Part shown: one piece after another, positions 9,425 through 19,460 of the stretch
Numbering within the stretch: the stretch's first letter is position 1
Layout: every line of letters begins with the position of its first letter
Source of the DNA: an uncultured delta proteobacterium
GTDB taxonomy: Bacteria > Myxococcota_A > Polyangia > Polyangiales > Polyangiaceae
Reading direction: 5' to 3'
DNA: 64,000 nt
NCBI GenBank assembly: GCA_963839305.1
Contig: CAWIUL010000011.1
Coordinates: forward strand, 2,633,561 to 2,697,560
The notes under the pieces: model-generated
What the model saw: the letters and a program-made list of their open reading frames with translations, nothing else
What the model was told of the DNA's origin: nothing
The model's database searches: none
Program-made: the position numbers and the translations under genes

Positions 9425-11113
9425 GTGACGCACGAGAACGAGAAGAAAGACCCGCTCGCGTTCCTCAAGAGCGATCACGCGATCGGTTTGGGCATCGGCG
9501 TCGTGTACGTCGCGTGGCTCCTCTCGACCTCGCGCGAGCTCGGCTTTCCGCGCGACGAGGGCTTCTACTTCCACGCGGCCACAGACTACGCGCGCTGGTT
9601 CGACATGCTCTTCGAGCACCCGTCGCAAGCGTTCGACCGCGCGACCATCGACGGCATCTGGCAGGAGAACCACGAGCACCCCGCGCTGATGAAGAGCCTC
9701 TTCGCGCTCTCGTGGCACTTCTTCTACGAGAAGTGGCACTGGTTCAAGGACGCGAGCACGGCATTCCGCTTTCCCGGCATGGTGATGGGGGGCCTTTCGC
9801 TCTACGTGACGTACCTCTTCGGCGCGCGCGCGTTCTCTCGGCGCGCGGGCGCGCTCGCCGCGGTGCTCCTCGGCTGCATGCCCGCGGTGTTCTTCAACGC
9901 GCACCTCGCGTGCTTCGACGCGCCCATCATGACGATGTGGCTGCTCAGCGTGTTCGTGTACTGGCAGTCGATCAAGCGCGGCGGCCTCGGGTGGGCGATC
10001 GCGGCGGGCGTCGTCTACGGGCTCACGCTCGAGACGAAGCACAACGCGTGGATCATGCCGGCGGTGTTCTTGCCGCACGCGCTCTTCGTGATGCGAAAGC
10101 CGATCGCGCGCGAGGTCCGCGTCGGTCGCCTTCCGCTACCGACGAGCATTCTCTCGATGGCGATCCTCGGGCCGCTCACGTTCTGGGCGCTCTGGCCGTG
10201 GATGTGGAACGACACGCTGCCGCGAGTTCAGGAGTACCTGAACTTCCACATGAACCACGTCTATTACAACATCGAGTACCTCCACAAAAACTACTTCGGG
10301 CCGCCTTCGCCGCGCTCGTACGCGCCGGTGCTCATCTTCGCGACCGTTCCGACGACGACGATCGCGCTCTTCCTCGTGGGCGCGTTCGATCGACTTCGCG
10401 TCCTCGCGCTGCGCCTCTACGCGGCGGTTCGAAAGCAGGCGGGCGCCGTATCCGGCGACCGCGCGGAGACCGATCTGCTCCTCTTCCTCGCGCTCTCTGC
10501 GCCGCTCGCCGTGTTCGTGCTGCTCTCGAAGACGCCGATTTTCGGCGGCACGAAGCACTGGCTACCCGCGTATCCGTTCCTCGCGCTCTTCGCGGGACGC
10601 GGGTTCGACGTGATCGGCGAGAAGGTCATCGCGGCGATCGATCGCATCAAGACCGACGCGCAGCGCACGGGCGCGTGGGCGGCGCTGTTCGCGCTCCTCG
10701 CCCTTCCGCCCGCGATCATCACGCGGCACTCCGACGTCTACGGGCTCGCGACGTACATGCCGTTCGTCGGCGGAAACCAGGGCGGCGCGGACCTCGGGCT
10801 GAACCGGCAATTCTGGGGTTACACGACCGAGCAGCTCGAGCCGTACTTCGAGAAGAACGCGCCGCCGCGCGCGACGGTGTTCATCCACGACACCGCGTGG
10901 GACTCCTGGGGCCGCATGCAGGCGGAGCACCGCATCCGCCCCGATTTGCAGGCCGTGGGCTCGCCGGGCGAGGCGATGTTCGGCATCGTCCACCACGAGC
11001 TCCACATGAGCGAGGTCGACTATCAGGAGTGGATCGCGTTCAACACCGACGCGCCCGACTACGTGCTCACGCACGACGGCGTGCCGATCATCTCGGTGTA
11101 CCGCCGCAGGTGA
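9425..11113 (+). CDS. Glycosyltransferase family 39 (ArnT / PMT-like) membrane protein.
   Basis: Many TM helices, a DEG-containing first loop and the PMT_2-type topology. Confidence 0.8.
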   Translation: MTHENEKKDPLAFLKSDHAIGLGIGVVYVAWLLSTSRELGFPRDEGFYFHAATDYARWFDMLFEHPSQAFDRATIDGIWQENHEHPALMKSLFALSWHFFYEKWHWFKDASTAFRFPGMVMGGLSLYVTYLFGARAFSRRAGALAAVLLGCMPAVFFNAHLACFDAPIMTMWLLSVFVYWQSIKRGGLGWAIAAGVVYGLTLETKHNAWIMPAVFLPHALFVMRKPIAREVRVGRLPLPTSILSMAILGPLTFWALWPWMWNDTLPRVQEYLNFHMNHVYYNIEYLHKNYFGPPSPRSYAPVLIFATVPTTTIALFLVGAFDRLRVLALRLYAAVRKQAGAVSGDRAETDLLLFLALSAPLAVFVLLSKTPIFGGTKHWLPAYPFLALFAGRGFDVIGEKVIAAIDRIKTDAQRTGAWAALFALLALPPAIITRHSDVYGLATYMPFVGGNQGGADLGLNRQFWGYTTEQLEPYFEKNAPPRATVFIHDTAWDSWGRMQAEHRIRPDLQAVGSPGEAMFGIVHHELHMSEVDYQEWIAFNTDAPDYVLTHDGVPIISVYRRR

Positions 11114-11568
11114 GTTGCTTCGTGGGCGAGGAGCCACTTCTTTCGCGGGACGCCGCCCGCGTAACCGACGAGCGCGCCGCTCGAGCCGATGATGCGATGG
11201 CACGGGACGATGATCGCGATCGGGTTCTTGCCGTTCGCCGCGCCCACGGCGCGCGAGGCTGACGGGTTTTTGATCGCGCGCGCGATCTCGCCGTAGCTCG
11301 CGGTGCGCCCGAAGCCGATCGTGACGAGCGCCTTCCACACGCGCGCCTGGAACGGCGTGCCGCGCGGCGCGAGCCGAAGATCGAACCGCACGCGCTCGCC
11401 TGCGAAGTATTCATCGAGCTGCTTCGTCTCTTCGGTGAACGCTCGCGCGTCGCGTCTTCCGTCGATCGCGGGCACGAGCCCTTCGAGGTACGCGCCCGTG
11501 AGCGCGTCTTGGTCCTTGGTGAGGGTGATCGTCCCAACGGGGCTCGCGTATTCGAAGGACCAACTCAT
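11059..11568 (-). CDS. ogt: Methylated-DNA--protein-cysteine methyltransferase.
   Basis: Active site PCHRII, HTH-like helix ARAIKNP...AVGAANGKNP. ATG at 11566-11568 overlaps the TGA of ada/alkA. Confidence 0.9.
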   Translation of the reverse strand: MSWSFEYASPVGTITLTKDQDALTGAYLEGLVPAIDGRRDARAFTEETKQLDEYFAGERVRFDLRLAPRGTPFQARVWKALVTIGFGRTASYGEIARAIKNPSASRAVGAANGKNPIAIIVPCHRIIGSSGALVGYAGGVPRKKWLLAHEATHLRRYTEMIGTPSCVST

Positions 11569-13019
11569 GATTTTCTCCAGAGGTGCATCGCCGCGTAGGC
11601 GCGCCATGGGCTCCAAGCGGCTGCGCGCTCGCGTAGCGCGCCGGCCGAGAGATCGAGCGCGCGTGCGAGCGCGAGGTCGCCGAACGGAAACGCGTCGGGC
11701 GCTCGGAGCGCTCGCATCGCGACGTACTGCGAGGTCCACGGGCCGATGCCCGCGATGGTCGCGATCGACTCGTCGCACGCGTCGCGCGCGGCGAGCGCGC
11801 GGAGAGCTGCGGCGCGCACGGGCGTGATGCCCACGGCGCAGAGCTCTCGCTGCGAAGCGCTCGCGAGACGCGCGCGCGTCGGGAACGCGAGCGAGAGCTC
11901 CGCGTGCGGCGTCGCCACCGGCTCGCCCAAGGCGCGCGCGAGGCGCCCCGCCAGCGTCGTCGCGCCGCGCACCGTGACCTGTTGACCGAGGACCGCGCGC
12001 GACGCGAGCTCGAACGCGTCGAATCCTCCGGGGACGCGCAAGCCTGGCGCCGCGCGCACGAGCGGACGAAGCGCCGGATCGCGCGCGAGGTGCGCGTCGA
12101 TCGCGTCGGGTCGCGCGTCCAGGTCGAACGCCGCGCGCGCGGACGACGCGATGCCCATGAGCGAGCGCGCGAGCGACGTGCTCACGTCGACGTTCACGAC
12201 TCGCCGCGCGTCATCGAGCGACGCGACGACGAACCCCGCGCGCTCGCCGATCCGCAGCGTGCGCGAGTACGTGAGCCGCTCGAGATCGACGTGCTCTACG
12301 CCGGGCGTCGCGCGGAGGGCCAGGAACTCGAGCATCGGTCGCCACGCGAGCGGCGCGCGATAACCGAGCGCGATGCGCACGACGTCGTTCGCGGACGCGC
12401 TGCGCCGCCGGCGCATCTCGGAGGGCGCGCGGCCGAAGCGATCGCGAAACGCCGCGTTGAAGCGCCGCACGCTCGAGAATCCGCTCGCGTGCGCCACGTC
12501 GACGATCGCGCCCGAGCCGTCTTGAAGGAGCTGCTTGGCGAGCGCGAGCCGCGCGGAGAGCGCGATTTGGACGGGCGACAGCCCCATCTCGCGCTCGAGC
12601 GCTCGCCGCACGTGGCGCCCCGTGACGCCGAGCTCGGCCGCGAGCTCCTCGAGCGATCCGTCGTTGAGCGCGCCCGCCTCGATGCGCGCCGCGGCCGTGC
12701 GCGCGAGCGCCGAGACCGCGTCGACGTTCGAGTGGCCTGGCGCGAGCTCGGGCCGGCAGCGGAAGCACGCGCGAAAGCCGTCCCGCTCGGCCTCCGCAGC
12801 GCGACGAAAGAACACGCACCGCGAGCGCGCCGCGAGCCGCGCGGTGCAAACCGGACGGCAATAGATCCCGGTCGTCGTGACCCCGACGAAGAAGATCCCA
12901 TCGAAGCGCGCGTCACGCGCGACGAGGGCTCTGTATCGGGCGTCGTCGCTGAGGCCGTTCACGACACTCGAGTTAACGCAGCGCGCGCGTTTCGTCTGGC
13001 CGTTTTCGGACCTCGACAC
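11565..13019 (-). CDS. ada: Ada-type regulatory protein fused to a DNA-3-methyladenine glycosylase II (AlkA) domain.
   Basis: N-terminal Ada Zn-binding Cys cluster (CRPVC...C), AraC-type HTH, C-terminal HhH-GPD glycosylase domain. Confidence 0.85.
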   Translation of the reverse strand: MSRSENGQTKRARCVNSSVVNGLSDDARYRALVARDARFDGIFFVGVTTTGIYCRPVCTARLAARSRCVFFRRAAEAERDGFRACFRCRPELAPGHSNVDAVSALARTAAARIEAGALNDGSLEELAAELGVTGRHVRRALEREMGLSPVQIALSARLALAKQLLQDGSGAIVDVAHASGFSSVRRFNAAFRDRFGRAPSEMRRRRSASANDVVRIALGYRAPLAWRPMLEFLALRATPGVEHVDLERLTYSRTLRIGERAGFVVASLDDARRVVNVDVSTSLARSLMGIASSARAAFDLDARPDAIDAHLARDPALRPLVRAAPGLRVPGGFDAFELASRAVLGQQVTVRGATTLAGRLARALGEPVATPHAELSLAFPTRARLASASQRELCAVGITPVRAAALRALAARDACDESIATIAGIGPWTSQYVAMRALRAPDAFPFGDLALARALDLSAGALRERAAAWSPWRAYAAMHLWRKS

Positions 13020-13025
13020 CAGAAA

Positions 13026-14678
13026 TCAGCCGCGCGCGGCGCGCTCGAGCTCGAAATAGAACGAGACGAGGTCGCTCTCGCGCGACCCTTGCTGGAAGAA
13101 GCGGTAAACGCGCCCGATCGGCCACACGCGCGTCGTCGGGGGCACCATCATCGACCAGCGGCCCGGCTCGTCGCCCTCGGTCTCGATCCACTGCGCGCCG
13201 AGGCGGCGCGCGAGGATCTCGCTGAGCAGCGCGCCGTGACGCGTCAGCTCGGTCTCGAGCATGCGCGCTTGGCGCTCGTCGCGCTTGGCGTCACCGAACC
13301 TACGCCGCAGGTGGCGCTGCATCGCCTCGATAGCGACCGGATCGGTCTTGAGCGTCGTCCCGTACGAGAGGCGGTAGTCGCGCGCGAGCTCTCGCGCGAG
13401 CTCGGTCATCTTCGCGCGCGCCGCGTCGCCCTCTGGGATGGCCATCGTCTCGACGACCTCGGCCCCCGAGCGCGCTCCTCCTTCGATGCTCGGCATCGCC
13501 GGCGCGCGCGGGATCGCTTGAGCGGGCGGGAGCGACGCGCCCGCGGGCGCCGCCGCGGGACGATCGCTGATCACGACGTCCGGCGGCCGGAGCGACGCCG
13601 CGGGCGGCGGCCGCATCGACTCGTTGGTCTTCGCGGTCGACTCGAGGATCTCGACCGCGGAGATGCGCGCGCCCGATCCCGCGACGGGGTCCTCGGTCAC
13701 GCGGCGCGCGAAATACCGCGCGTACGCGATCTCGCCGCTCGCGAGCCACGCGCGCGCGGCGAGCACCGCGAGCTCGGACTCGGGTTTGTCACCGCCGGCC
13801 ATCGCGGTGAGAAAGTGCGCGACCTCGCGCAAGCGCGTCTCGCCGTGGAGCATCGCCGAGTGCGCTCGGAGCTCGTCGATGAGCGGCGCGGGCGCGTGCT
13901 CCGCGTGCTCGTCCGCGACGATCATGTCGGGGAGCGCAGCCGCTTGCACCGGGTTCGACGGCGGGCGACGCGACAGCGCGGAGGCGAGCGCGTGGAGGCG
14001 CGGACGCTCTCGGCTCAGCGCGGCCCGCGCGCGCAAATCCGTCACGACGTCCGCGTCCACCTCGGCCTCGTTCGCGGCTCGCCTCGCGTCGATCGGCCGC
14101 TTCGTGAGCGCGAGCGCGTGCGGGAGGTCCTCGATGGCGTCGACGGTCATCCGTCGCCACGTTCGCTGGTTCGCCTTCGTGCGATCGGGGTCGGTCAAGA
14201 GGCGCACGGGGGTGTCGTCGGGCACCTCCGCGAGGACCATCGCGAGGTGCACGAGCTGCAGCGCGAACGCACCGCGTTCCATCGGGCACGCGTCGGCGAT
14301 CGCCCCAAGGTCGAGCCAGGTCCCTCCGTAGTGACGCGCGGTCGCATCGTAGACGCCACCCTGAAACGCCTCGCACGGACCGAGCTGCGACGCGACGCGC
14401 ATGATCGCCGCCGTACGCGCGAGGCTTTCACACGGCCCGAGCGATCGAAACGCCGCGCGCGCGAGCTCCGTCGTCGCACCTGCTCGAACGAGACGATCGC
14501 GCGCGATTGACGCGGTCGTCAGATACCCCTGCTCGCGCACGCCCACGCCCCCAGAAGGCGCCGCGAGGAGCACCTCGGACGCGTCGAAGAGCGCGTACTC
14601 GATCTCGAGCACCCCTTCGGATCGTGCAACGACCCAGTCACCCACGACGAGGCTCGTAGCCACTGCTGGCCATGCTAC
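13026..14678 (-). CDS. Hypothetical protein; start uncertain.
   Basis: Long minus-strand ORF with coding-like composition. The 5' part of the 692-aa ORF overlaps the PilZ gene on the opposite strand and is probably not translated. No recognised domain. Confidence 0.4.
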   Translation of the reverse strand, partial: VAWPAVATSLVVGDWVVARSEGVLEIEYALFDASEVLLAAPSGGVGVREQGYLTTASIARDRLVRAGATTELARAAFRSLGPCESLARTAAIMRVASQLGPCEAFQGGVYDATARHYGGTWLDLGAIADACPMERGAFALQLVHLAMVLAEVPDDTPVRLLTDPDRTKANQRTWRRMTVDAIEDLPHALALTKRPIDARRAANEAEVDADVVTDLRARAALSRERPRLHALASALSRRPPSNPVQAAALPDMIVADEHAEHAPAPLIDELRAHSAMLHGETRLREVAHFLTAMAGGDKPESELAVLAARAWLASGEIAYARYFARRVTEDPVAGSGARISAVEILESTAKTNESMRPPPAASLRPPDVVISDRPAAAPAGASLPPAQAIPRAPAMPSIEGGARSGAEVVETMAIPEGDAARAKMTELARELARDYRLSYGTTLKTDPVAIEAMQRHLRRRFGDAKRDERQARMLETELTRHGALLSEILARRLGAQWIETEGDEPGRWSMMVPPTTRVWPIGRVYRFFQQGSRESDLVSFYFELERAARG

Positions 14679-14756
14679 TCCGAAGCGCTCGTTCGTCGAA
14701 ACAAGGCGCTGGCGTGGCCGAGCCGCAGGCGTATCCTCGATGTTCGGAGGTAGTCG

Positions 14757-15083
14757 ATGGAGGAACGCCGTCAATTTCGACGACTGCAAGTTCCCGTCTA
14801 CTGCCGCGCAGCCGGCATGGAGGTGATGACGCGTCGTCACCCGATCGACTTGAGCCTCGGCGGCGTTCGTATCTACAGCGATCAGCGCTTCGCCAAAGGC
14901 GAGCTTTTGACCCTCGAGCTCATGACCGTCGATGCCCCCGCGAGCACCTTCACCGCCGAGGTCATGTGGATCGAAGACCTCCCAGCTGGATCCCCCGCTC
15001 TGTACGATGTTGGCCTGAGATTCCGCAGCGTTGACCCCACCCAGGCCACCGCGCTGGAGCGGATGTTGGCGAAATCCGAGTAG
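14757..15083 (+). CDS. PilZ domain protein.
   Basis: PilZ c-di-GMP-binding motifs RRQFRR and DLSLGGVRIY. 108 aa. Confidence 0.8.
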   Translation: MEERRQFRRLQVPVYCRAAGMEVMTRRHPIDLSLGGVRIYSDQRFAKGELLTLELMTVDAPASTFTAEVMWIEDLPAGSPALYDVGLRFRSVDPTQATALERMLAKSE

Positions 15084-15177
15084 TTTCGACCACATCGCAC
15101 CCACGAAAACATTTCGGCACCTCGGAGTACAAGGTGGGATAGGTTGTCATGGGCTTTGCATCAGCCTCCCTACTAAG

Positions 15178-16551
15178 ATGTCCCTCTCCCGTCGTACCTG
15201 GCAGAACATCAACTTGATCGGTGACTGCCTGCTGCTGTTTCTCGCAGCCAGCGCAGCGACCGTCTTCCCTGGCGGCATCCACTGGATGGTCGCCCTCGGC
15301 ATGGCCACCGGCGCGATGTTGCTGTGGATTGTCGGCAGCCGTGTGCTTCGGCATTACGACATCGGAAACGGCCGCGGAATCCCGGGCGATGTGGCGCTCA
15401 CGCTCGTCTTGCTCTTCGCCACGGTCGTGCCGATGTTCGCGCTCCGCTACATGGTGCCGCGCTACGCGGCCGTCGCGGACATGACGCGCTTCGTGACCGT
15501 GTTCGTGATGGGCGTCGTGTGGCTTCGCCTCTTGACGAGCTGGCTCAAGACGCGCCCGCCGCAGCCGCCCGAGGAGATTTTGATCGTCGGTGTCGGCCCG
15601 CTCGGACGTCACACGGGTCTCGAGATTCATGCGCAAAAGCGCAACCGACGCGTGACCGGTTATCTCCGCTTGGTCGACGAGCCGGAGCACAAGCGTTTGC
15701 CCGCGGGCATCTTCGGCATGGTCGACGAGCTCGAGAACGTGCTGAAGACGCACGTCGTCCACGAGGTTTACCTCGCGAGCAGCGAGGAGACGCACCGCGC
15801 GCAGATCCAAGAGGCGATCCGCGTCTGCGAGCGCTTCGGGATCCCGTTCGCGCTTCCGGCGAACCGCTTCCGCATCGCGCGCGCCGAGCCGCGCGATCGC
15901 GCCGCGCTGGGCGACGGCTACGTCCACTACCTGTCGTTCCGCCACAAGCCGGTGCAGCTGCTGCTGAAGCGCGCGTTCGACATTTTCGCGTCGAGCGTCG
16001 CGATCGCGCTGCTCTCGCCGATCTTCATCGGCGTGGCCATCGCGATCAAGCTCTCGTCGAAGGGCCCTGTGCTCTTTCGCCAGCCGCGCGTCGGTCGCTA
16101 CGGGCGCATGTTCAACATGCTCAAGTTCCGCTCGATGGTCGTGAACGCCGAGGAGCTCAAGGCGAAGCTCATGGCGCAGAACGAGCAGACCGGCCCGGTC
16201 TTCAAGATGACGCGCGACCCGCGCGTGACGGGCATCGGGCGCTTCATTCGCAAGTACTCCATCGACGAGCTGCCGCAATTCATCAACGTGCTGCGTGGCG
16301 AGATGACCATCGTCGGGCCGCGCCCGCCGGTTCCGAGCGAGGTCGCTCAGTACGAAGCGTGGCAGCGCCGCCGTCTTTCCGTGCGCCCCGGCATCACTTG
16401 CGTGTGGCAAGTGAGCGGACGGAACCAAATCGGCTTCGAGGAGTGGATGTATTTGGACATGCAATACATCGACAACTGGAGCATCACGCAGGATTTCCAG
16501 TTGATTTTCAAGACCGTGCCGGTCGTGCTCTTCGGCAAGGGCGCGAGCTGA
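15178..16551 (+). CDS. Polyprenyl-phosphate glycosyl-1-phosphate transferase (WbaP/EpsZ-like initiating enzyme).
   Basis: Five N-terminal TM segments. C-terminal bacterial sugar transferase domain (KFRSM, DELPQFINVLRGEMTIVGPRP). Start chosen at ATG 15178. Confidence 0.9.
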   Translation: MSLSRRTWQNINLIGDCLLLFLAASAATVFPGGIHWMVALGMATGAMLLWIVGSRVLRHYDIGNGRGIPGDVALTLVLLFATVVPMFALRYMVPRYAAVADMTRFVTVFVMGVVWLRLLTSWLKTRPPQPPEEILIVGVGPLGRHTGLEIHAQKRNRRVTGYLRLVDEPEHKRLPAGIFGMVDELENVLKTHVVHEVYLASSEETHRAQIQEAIRVCERFGIPFALPANRFRIARAEPRDRAALGDGYVHYLSFRHKPVQLLLKRAFDIFASSVAIALLSPIFIGVAIAIKLSSKGPVLFRQPRVGRYGRMFNMLKFRSMVVNAEELKAKLMAQNEQTGPVFKMTRDPRVTGIGRFIRKYSIDELPQFINVLRGEMTIVGPRPPVPSEVAQYEAWQRRRLSVRPGITCVWQVSGRNQIGFEEWMYLDMQYIDNWSITQDFQLIFKTVPVVLFGKGAS

Positions 16552-16602
16552 TCCGCAGCGCGTCTGTCCGCGGCGCGGTGTTTGCTCTACACCTGGGTGG
16601 AT

Positions 16603-17028
16603 ATGCCCATGGCCCGACGTGTCGTTCTCGTCGTCGAAGACGAACCCCTCCAGCGTGAACGTGTGAAGCTCTGGCTCGAGTCGGAGAAGTTCGATGTCGA
16701 GTGCGCTTCCGAGTACAGCTCGGCGCTCAAGGCGCTCGACAAGACGATCCCCGCCATCGCGTGCGTCGACCTGACGCTCCCGCGAGAGTCCGGTTTGGAC
16801 CTCGTGGAGGCGATCCGCAAGCACACCAAGGGCACTGCGGTGCCGATCATCGTGATGAGCGAGCGGCACTCGCCCGAGGACATGGCCGAGGCCGAGCGCG
16901 TCGGCGCGAACGCGTTCTTGAAGAAGCCGTTCGCGAGGCCGCTGCTCCTCAAGTACGTGCGGTGGATTCTCGACGGCCCCCACGCGAGCTCTCCGAGCAT
17001 CCGCGGGCTACGTCGCGTCGAGGGCTGA
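16603..17028 (+). CDS. Single-domain response regulator (receiver).
   Basis: VVLVVEDE...D...VDLTLP...K receiver motifs. Confidence 0.8.
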   Translation: MPMARRVVLVVEDEPLQRERVKLWLESEKFDVECASEYSSALKALDKTIPAIACVDLTLPRESGLDLVEAIRKHTKGTAVPIIVMSERHSPEDMAEAERVGANAFLKKPFARPLLLKYVRWILDGPHASSPSIRGLRRVEG

Positions 17029-17064
17029 GTCCACGACGGCGCGTCGTTCGTTTCGTCGGCCGCG

Positions 17065-17826
17065 TCACGTTACCCTCTTGCTTGGTCCGCCGCGCATCTG
17101 GCGCAAGACCACGAGCGCGAACTCGGGATCACGCAGCAGATAGCGGCGCCAGAGACGCTTCGGCTCGCGGCCGAGCCGGTAGAGCCACTCGAGCCCTGCG
17201 CGCGACATCCACTGCGGCGCGCGCGGGACCACGCCCGCGAGGAAGTCAATCGTCGCGCCGACGCCGAGGAGCACCGCGGGCTTCACGCGCTCGGCGACGG
17301 CGTAGGCGAAGAGCTCCTGCTTGGGCGCGCCGAGGCCGACGAGCACGAGGTCCGGCTCGGCGCGCGCGATCGTCTCCGCGAGCTCGCGGTGCGCGTCGAG
17401 CGACGCGCTCGCCCGCACACGCGGAGACGAAAAACCTGCGACGCGAATATGTCGCTCCTCGAGCGCGCAACTTGCACGCTGTGCGCTGCCCTCGTGGCCG
17501 CCGAGGAGGTACACGCGCCAGCCGCGTTCCGCTGCGCGTTCGAGCAAGGCCGGCACGAGATCCGAGCCGGATATCTTCTCGGGCAGCGGCTCGCGTAGCG
17601 CGCGCGAAGCCCACAAGACGGGCATCCCGTCGACGACCGAGAGGCTCGCGTGCTCGTAGGCCTCGCGAAAAGCCACGTCGTGCTCGGCCATGACGACGTG
17701 GTCCACGTTCGGCGTGAACACAGTGCCGCCAGTCTTGTCGTCGATCATGCGCTCGATGGCCGCGAGGGCGTCGGCGAAGGTCACACGATCGATGGGCAGG
17801 CTTCCGATTCGAACCCGATCCTTCAC
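17065..17826 (-). CDS. WecB/TagA/CpsF family glycosyltransferase.
   Basis: Family-typical full-length sequence. GTG start overlaps the stop of the upstream gene (GTGA). Confidence 0.85.
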   Translation of the reverse strand: MKDRVRIGSLPIDRVTFADALAAIERMIDDKTGGTVFTPNVDHVVMAEHDVAFREAYEHASLSVVDGMPVLWASRALREPLPEKISGSDLVPALLERAAERGWRVYLLGGHEGSAQRASCALEERHIRVAGFSSPRVRASASLDAHRELAETIARAEPDLVLVGLGAPKQELFAYAVAERVKPAVLLGVGATIDFLAGVVPRAPQWMSRAGLEWLYRLGREPKRLWRRYLLRDPEFALVVLRQMRGGPSKRVT

Positions 17827-19460
17827 GATGGAGCGGAGTCTTTCTTGTGCAAAGACCCGGCCACGCGCTGCGTCACGCGTGGGTGGACTTCGGCATCGGG
17901 CGCGCTCACGAGCGAGCCCGGCGGGACGTCGTCGCGGACCACGCAGCTCGCCATGATCTTCGAGTCTTCGCCGATCGTGATCGGTCCGAGGAGCGTCGCG
18001 CCCGGTCCGATGTGGACGTTGCGGCCAACGTTCGGCGCGCCGGTCGCAGATCGGCCGGAGGCGGCCTGCGCAGCCGTGGATGCCGACTCGCCGAGCGTGA
18101 CGTTGTGAAAGAGGATCGCGTCTTTCCCGACGCGGGCCTTCGGCGAGATCGCGAGGCCCATGCCGTGGACGATCTGCACGCCGGGCTCGATCTGCGCGTC
18201 CCAGTGGATGTCGGAGCCGTAGAGGTGGCGGATGAGGCGCGACGTGATCATCGCGAGCGGCGTCGCGCCCGCGTCGCGGAAGAAGTGCATGAGCCTCACG
18301 GCGACCATGATCTGGAAGCCGATTCGGACGACCGCGTCGCGCGGAAGATCGCCCTCGTCGCCGTCGCGGCCGCCGTATTTCGCGCCGTAGTGGCGGAGCG
18401 TCGCGTGGTCCTGGCGGACTGCCTCGCGCAGCTGGCTCGCCGCGACGAGCGTTCGTTCCGTGCGCGACGCGGGGCCCGCGCGGCGCGCGTAGTCGAGCCA
18501 GTCGGTGATCGCGTTGCCGATCGCGCCCGCCTCGGCGCGCATGCCGCGCGCGTACTCGAGCCCGAAGACGAGCGTCATGCCGCGGAGCGCCGCGCGCTCG
18601 AGGCCCGCGCGCTCGAGCCGCGACGCGAGCGCGACGGCGGCGGTCGCGAGCTTCTCACCCGCGCCGGGCGCCGCCAGCGAGAGGACGAGGAGCGGTCGCG
18701 AGAGCGACGAGAGCTCGCGGAAATAGCGCCACGGGCTCGCGTGCGGCGCGTCGGGGTGCTTCTTGCCGATTCGCGAGTCGAACGTGCCGTACGCCTTCGC
18801 GCGCTTGCGAAAACCCGCGAGGCTGTCGCGGTCGGACGAGTGGATGCTCGCCGCGACGTCGCTCAGGTAGAACGTCGCGCCGTTCTTCTCGAGGCGCACG
18901 CCGAGCTCGGCGTCCTCGGAGTGGCCTAGCGTCGCGTCGAAGCCGCCCGCGCGGAGGTACGCGTCGCGCTTCATCGAGAGGTTGCCCGTGTAGACGTTGG
19001 GCCCGCGAAACGTCACCTTGCCCGAGATCACGTCGTTCGCGAAGCGCTCGAGGACGTCCGCGTGGAAGCGCTCGAAGAGCTCGAGCTTCATCTCGGGGTC
19101 CGGCTTGATGCGACCGAGCACGACCGCGTTCGGATCGCGATCGTGGATCGCGAGGTGCGCGGCGACGAGGCCCTCGTGGACCTGCATGTCGTCGTCGAGG
19201 AAGAGGATCACCGGGCCGCGCGCGCGTGTGACGCCACGGTGTCGCGCGGCCGCGGCTCCCGCGTTCTCTTGGCGCTCGACGACGAGCGTGAACGGGACGT
19301 CGAGGGCGCGGAGGCGCGGCGTCGGATCCTCGCGCGAGCCATCGTCGATGATCACGACCTCGAGATCGCTCGCGACCGTCTGCGCGGCGAGCTGGCGCAC
19401 GAGGCGCTCGATCGAGGCGCCGCGGTTGTAGGTCGCAACGACGATGGAGGCGCGTATCAC
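17823..19460 (-). CDS. Family 2 glycosyltransferase fused to a C-terminal serine-acetyltransferase-like hexapeptide domain.
   Basis: N-terminal GT-A fold (SIVVATYNRG, DDGS, DDD). The C-terminus resembles CysE: helical region plus a left-handed beta-helix with GVQIVHGMGLAI...G. No stop between the two domains. GTG start with GGAGG 9 nt upstream. GTGA overlap. Confidence 0.75.
   Translation of the reverse strand: MIRASIVVATYNRGASIERLVRQLAAQTVASDLEVVIIDDGSREDPTPRLRALDVPFTLVVERQENAGAAAARHRGVTRARGPVILFLDDDMQVHEGLVAAHLAIHDRDPNAVVLGRIKPDPEMKLELFERFHADVLERFANDVISGKVTFRGPNVYTGNLSMKRDAYLRAGGFDATLGHSEDAELGVRLEKNGATFYLSDVAASIHSSDRDSLAGFRKRAKAYGTFDSRIGKKHPDAPHASPWRYFRELSSLSRPLLVLSLAAPGAGEKLATAAVALASRLERAGLERAALRGMTLVFGLEYARGMRAEAGAIGNAITDWLDYARRAGPASRTERTLVAASQLREAVRQDHATLRHYGAKYGGRDGDEGDLPRDAVVRIGFQIMVAVRLMHFFRDAGATPLAMITSRLIRHLYGSDIHWDAQIEPGVQIVHGMGLAISPKARVGKDAILFHNVTLGESASTAAQAASGRSATGAPNVGRNVHIGPGATLLGPITIGEDSKIMASCVVRDDVPPGSLVSAPDAEVHPRVTQRVAGSLHKKDSAPS

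Noticed and set aside
13026-15104. Full 692-aa minus-strand ORF as a single gene.
   Set aside because: Its 5' 140 codons overlap the well-supported PilZ gene on the plus strand and look non-coding. Only the 3' portion was kept, with an uncertain start.
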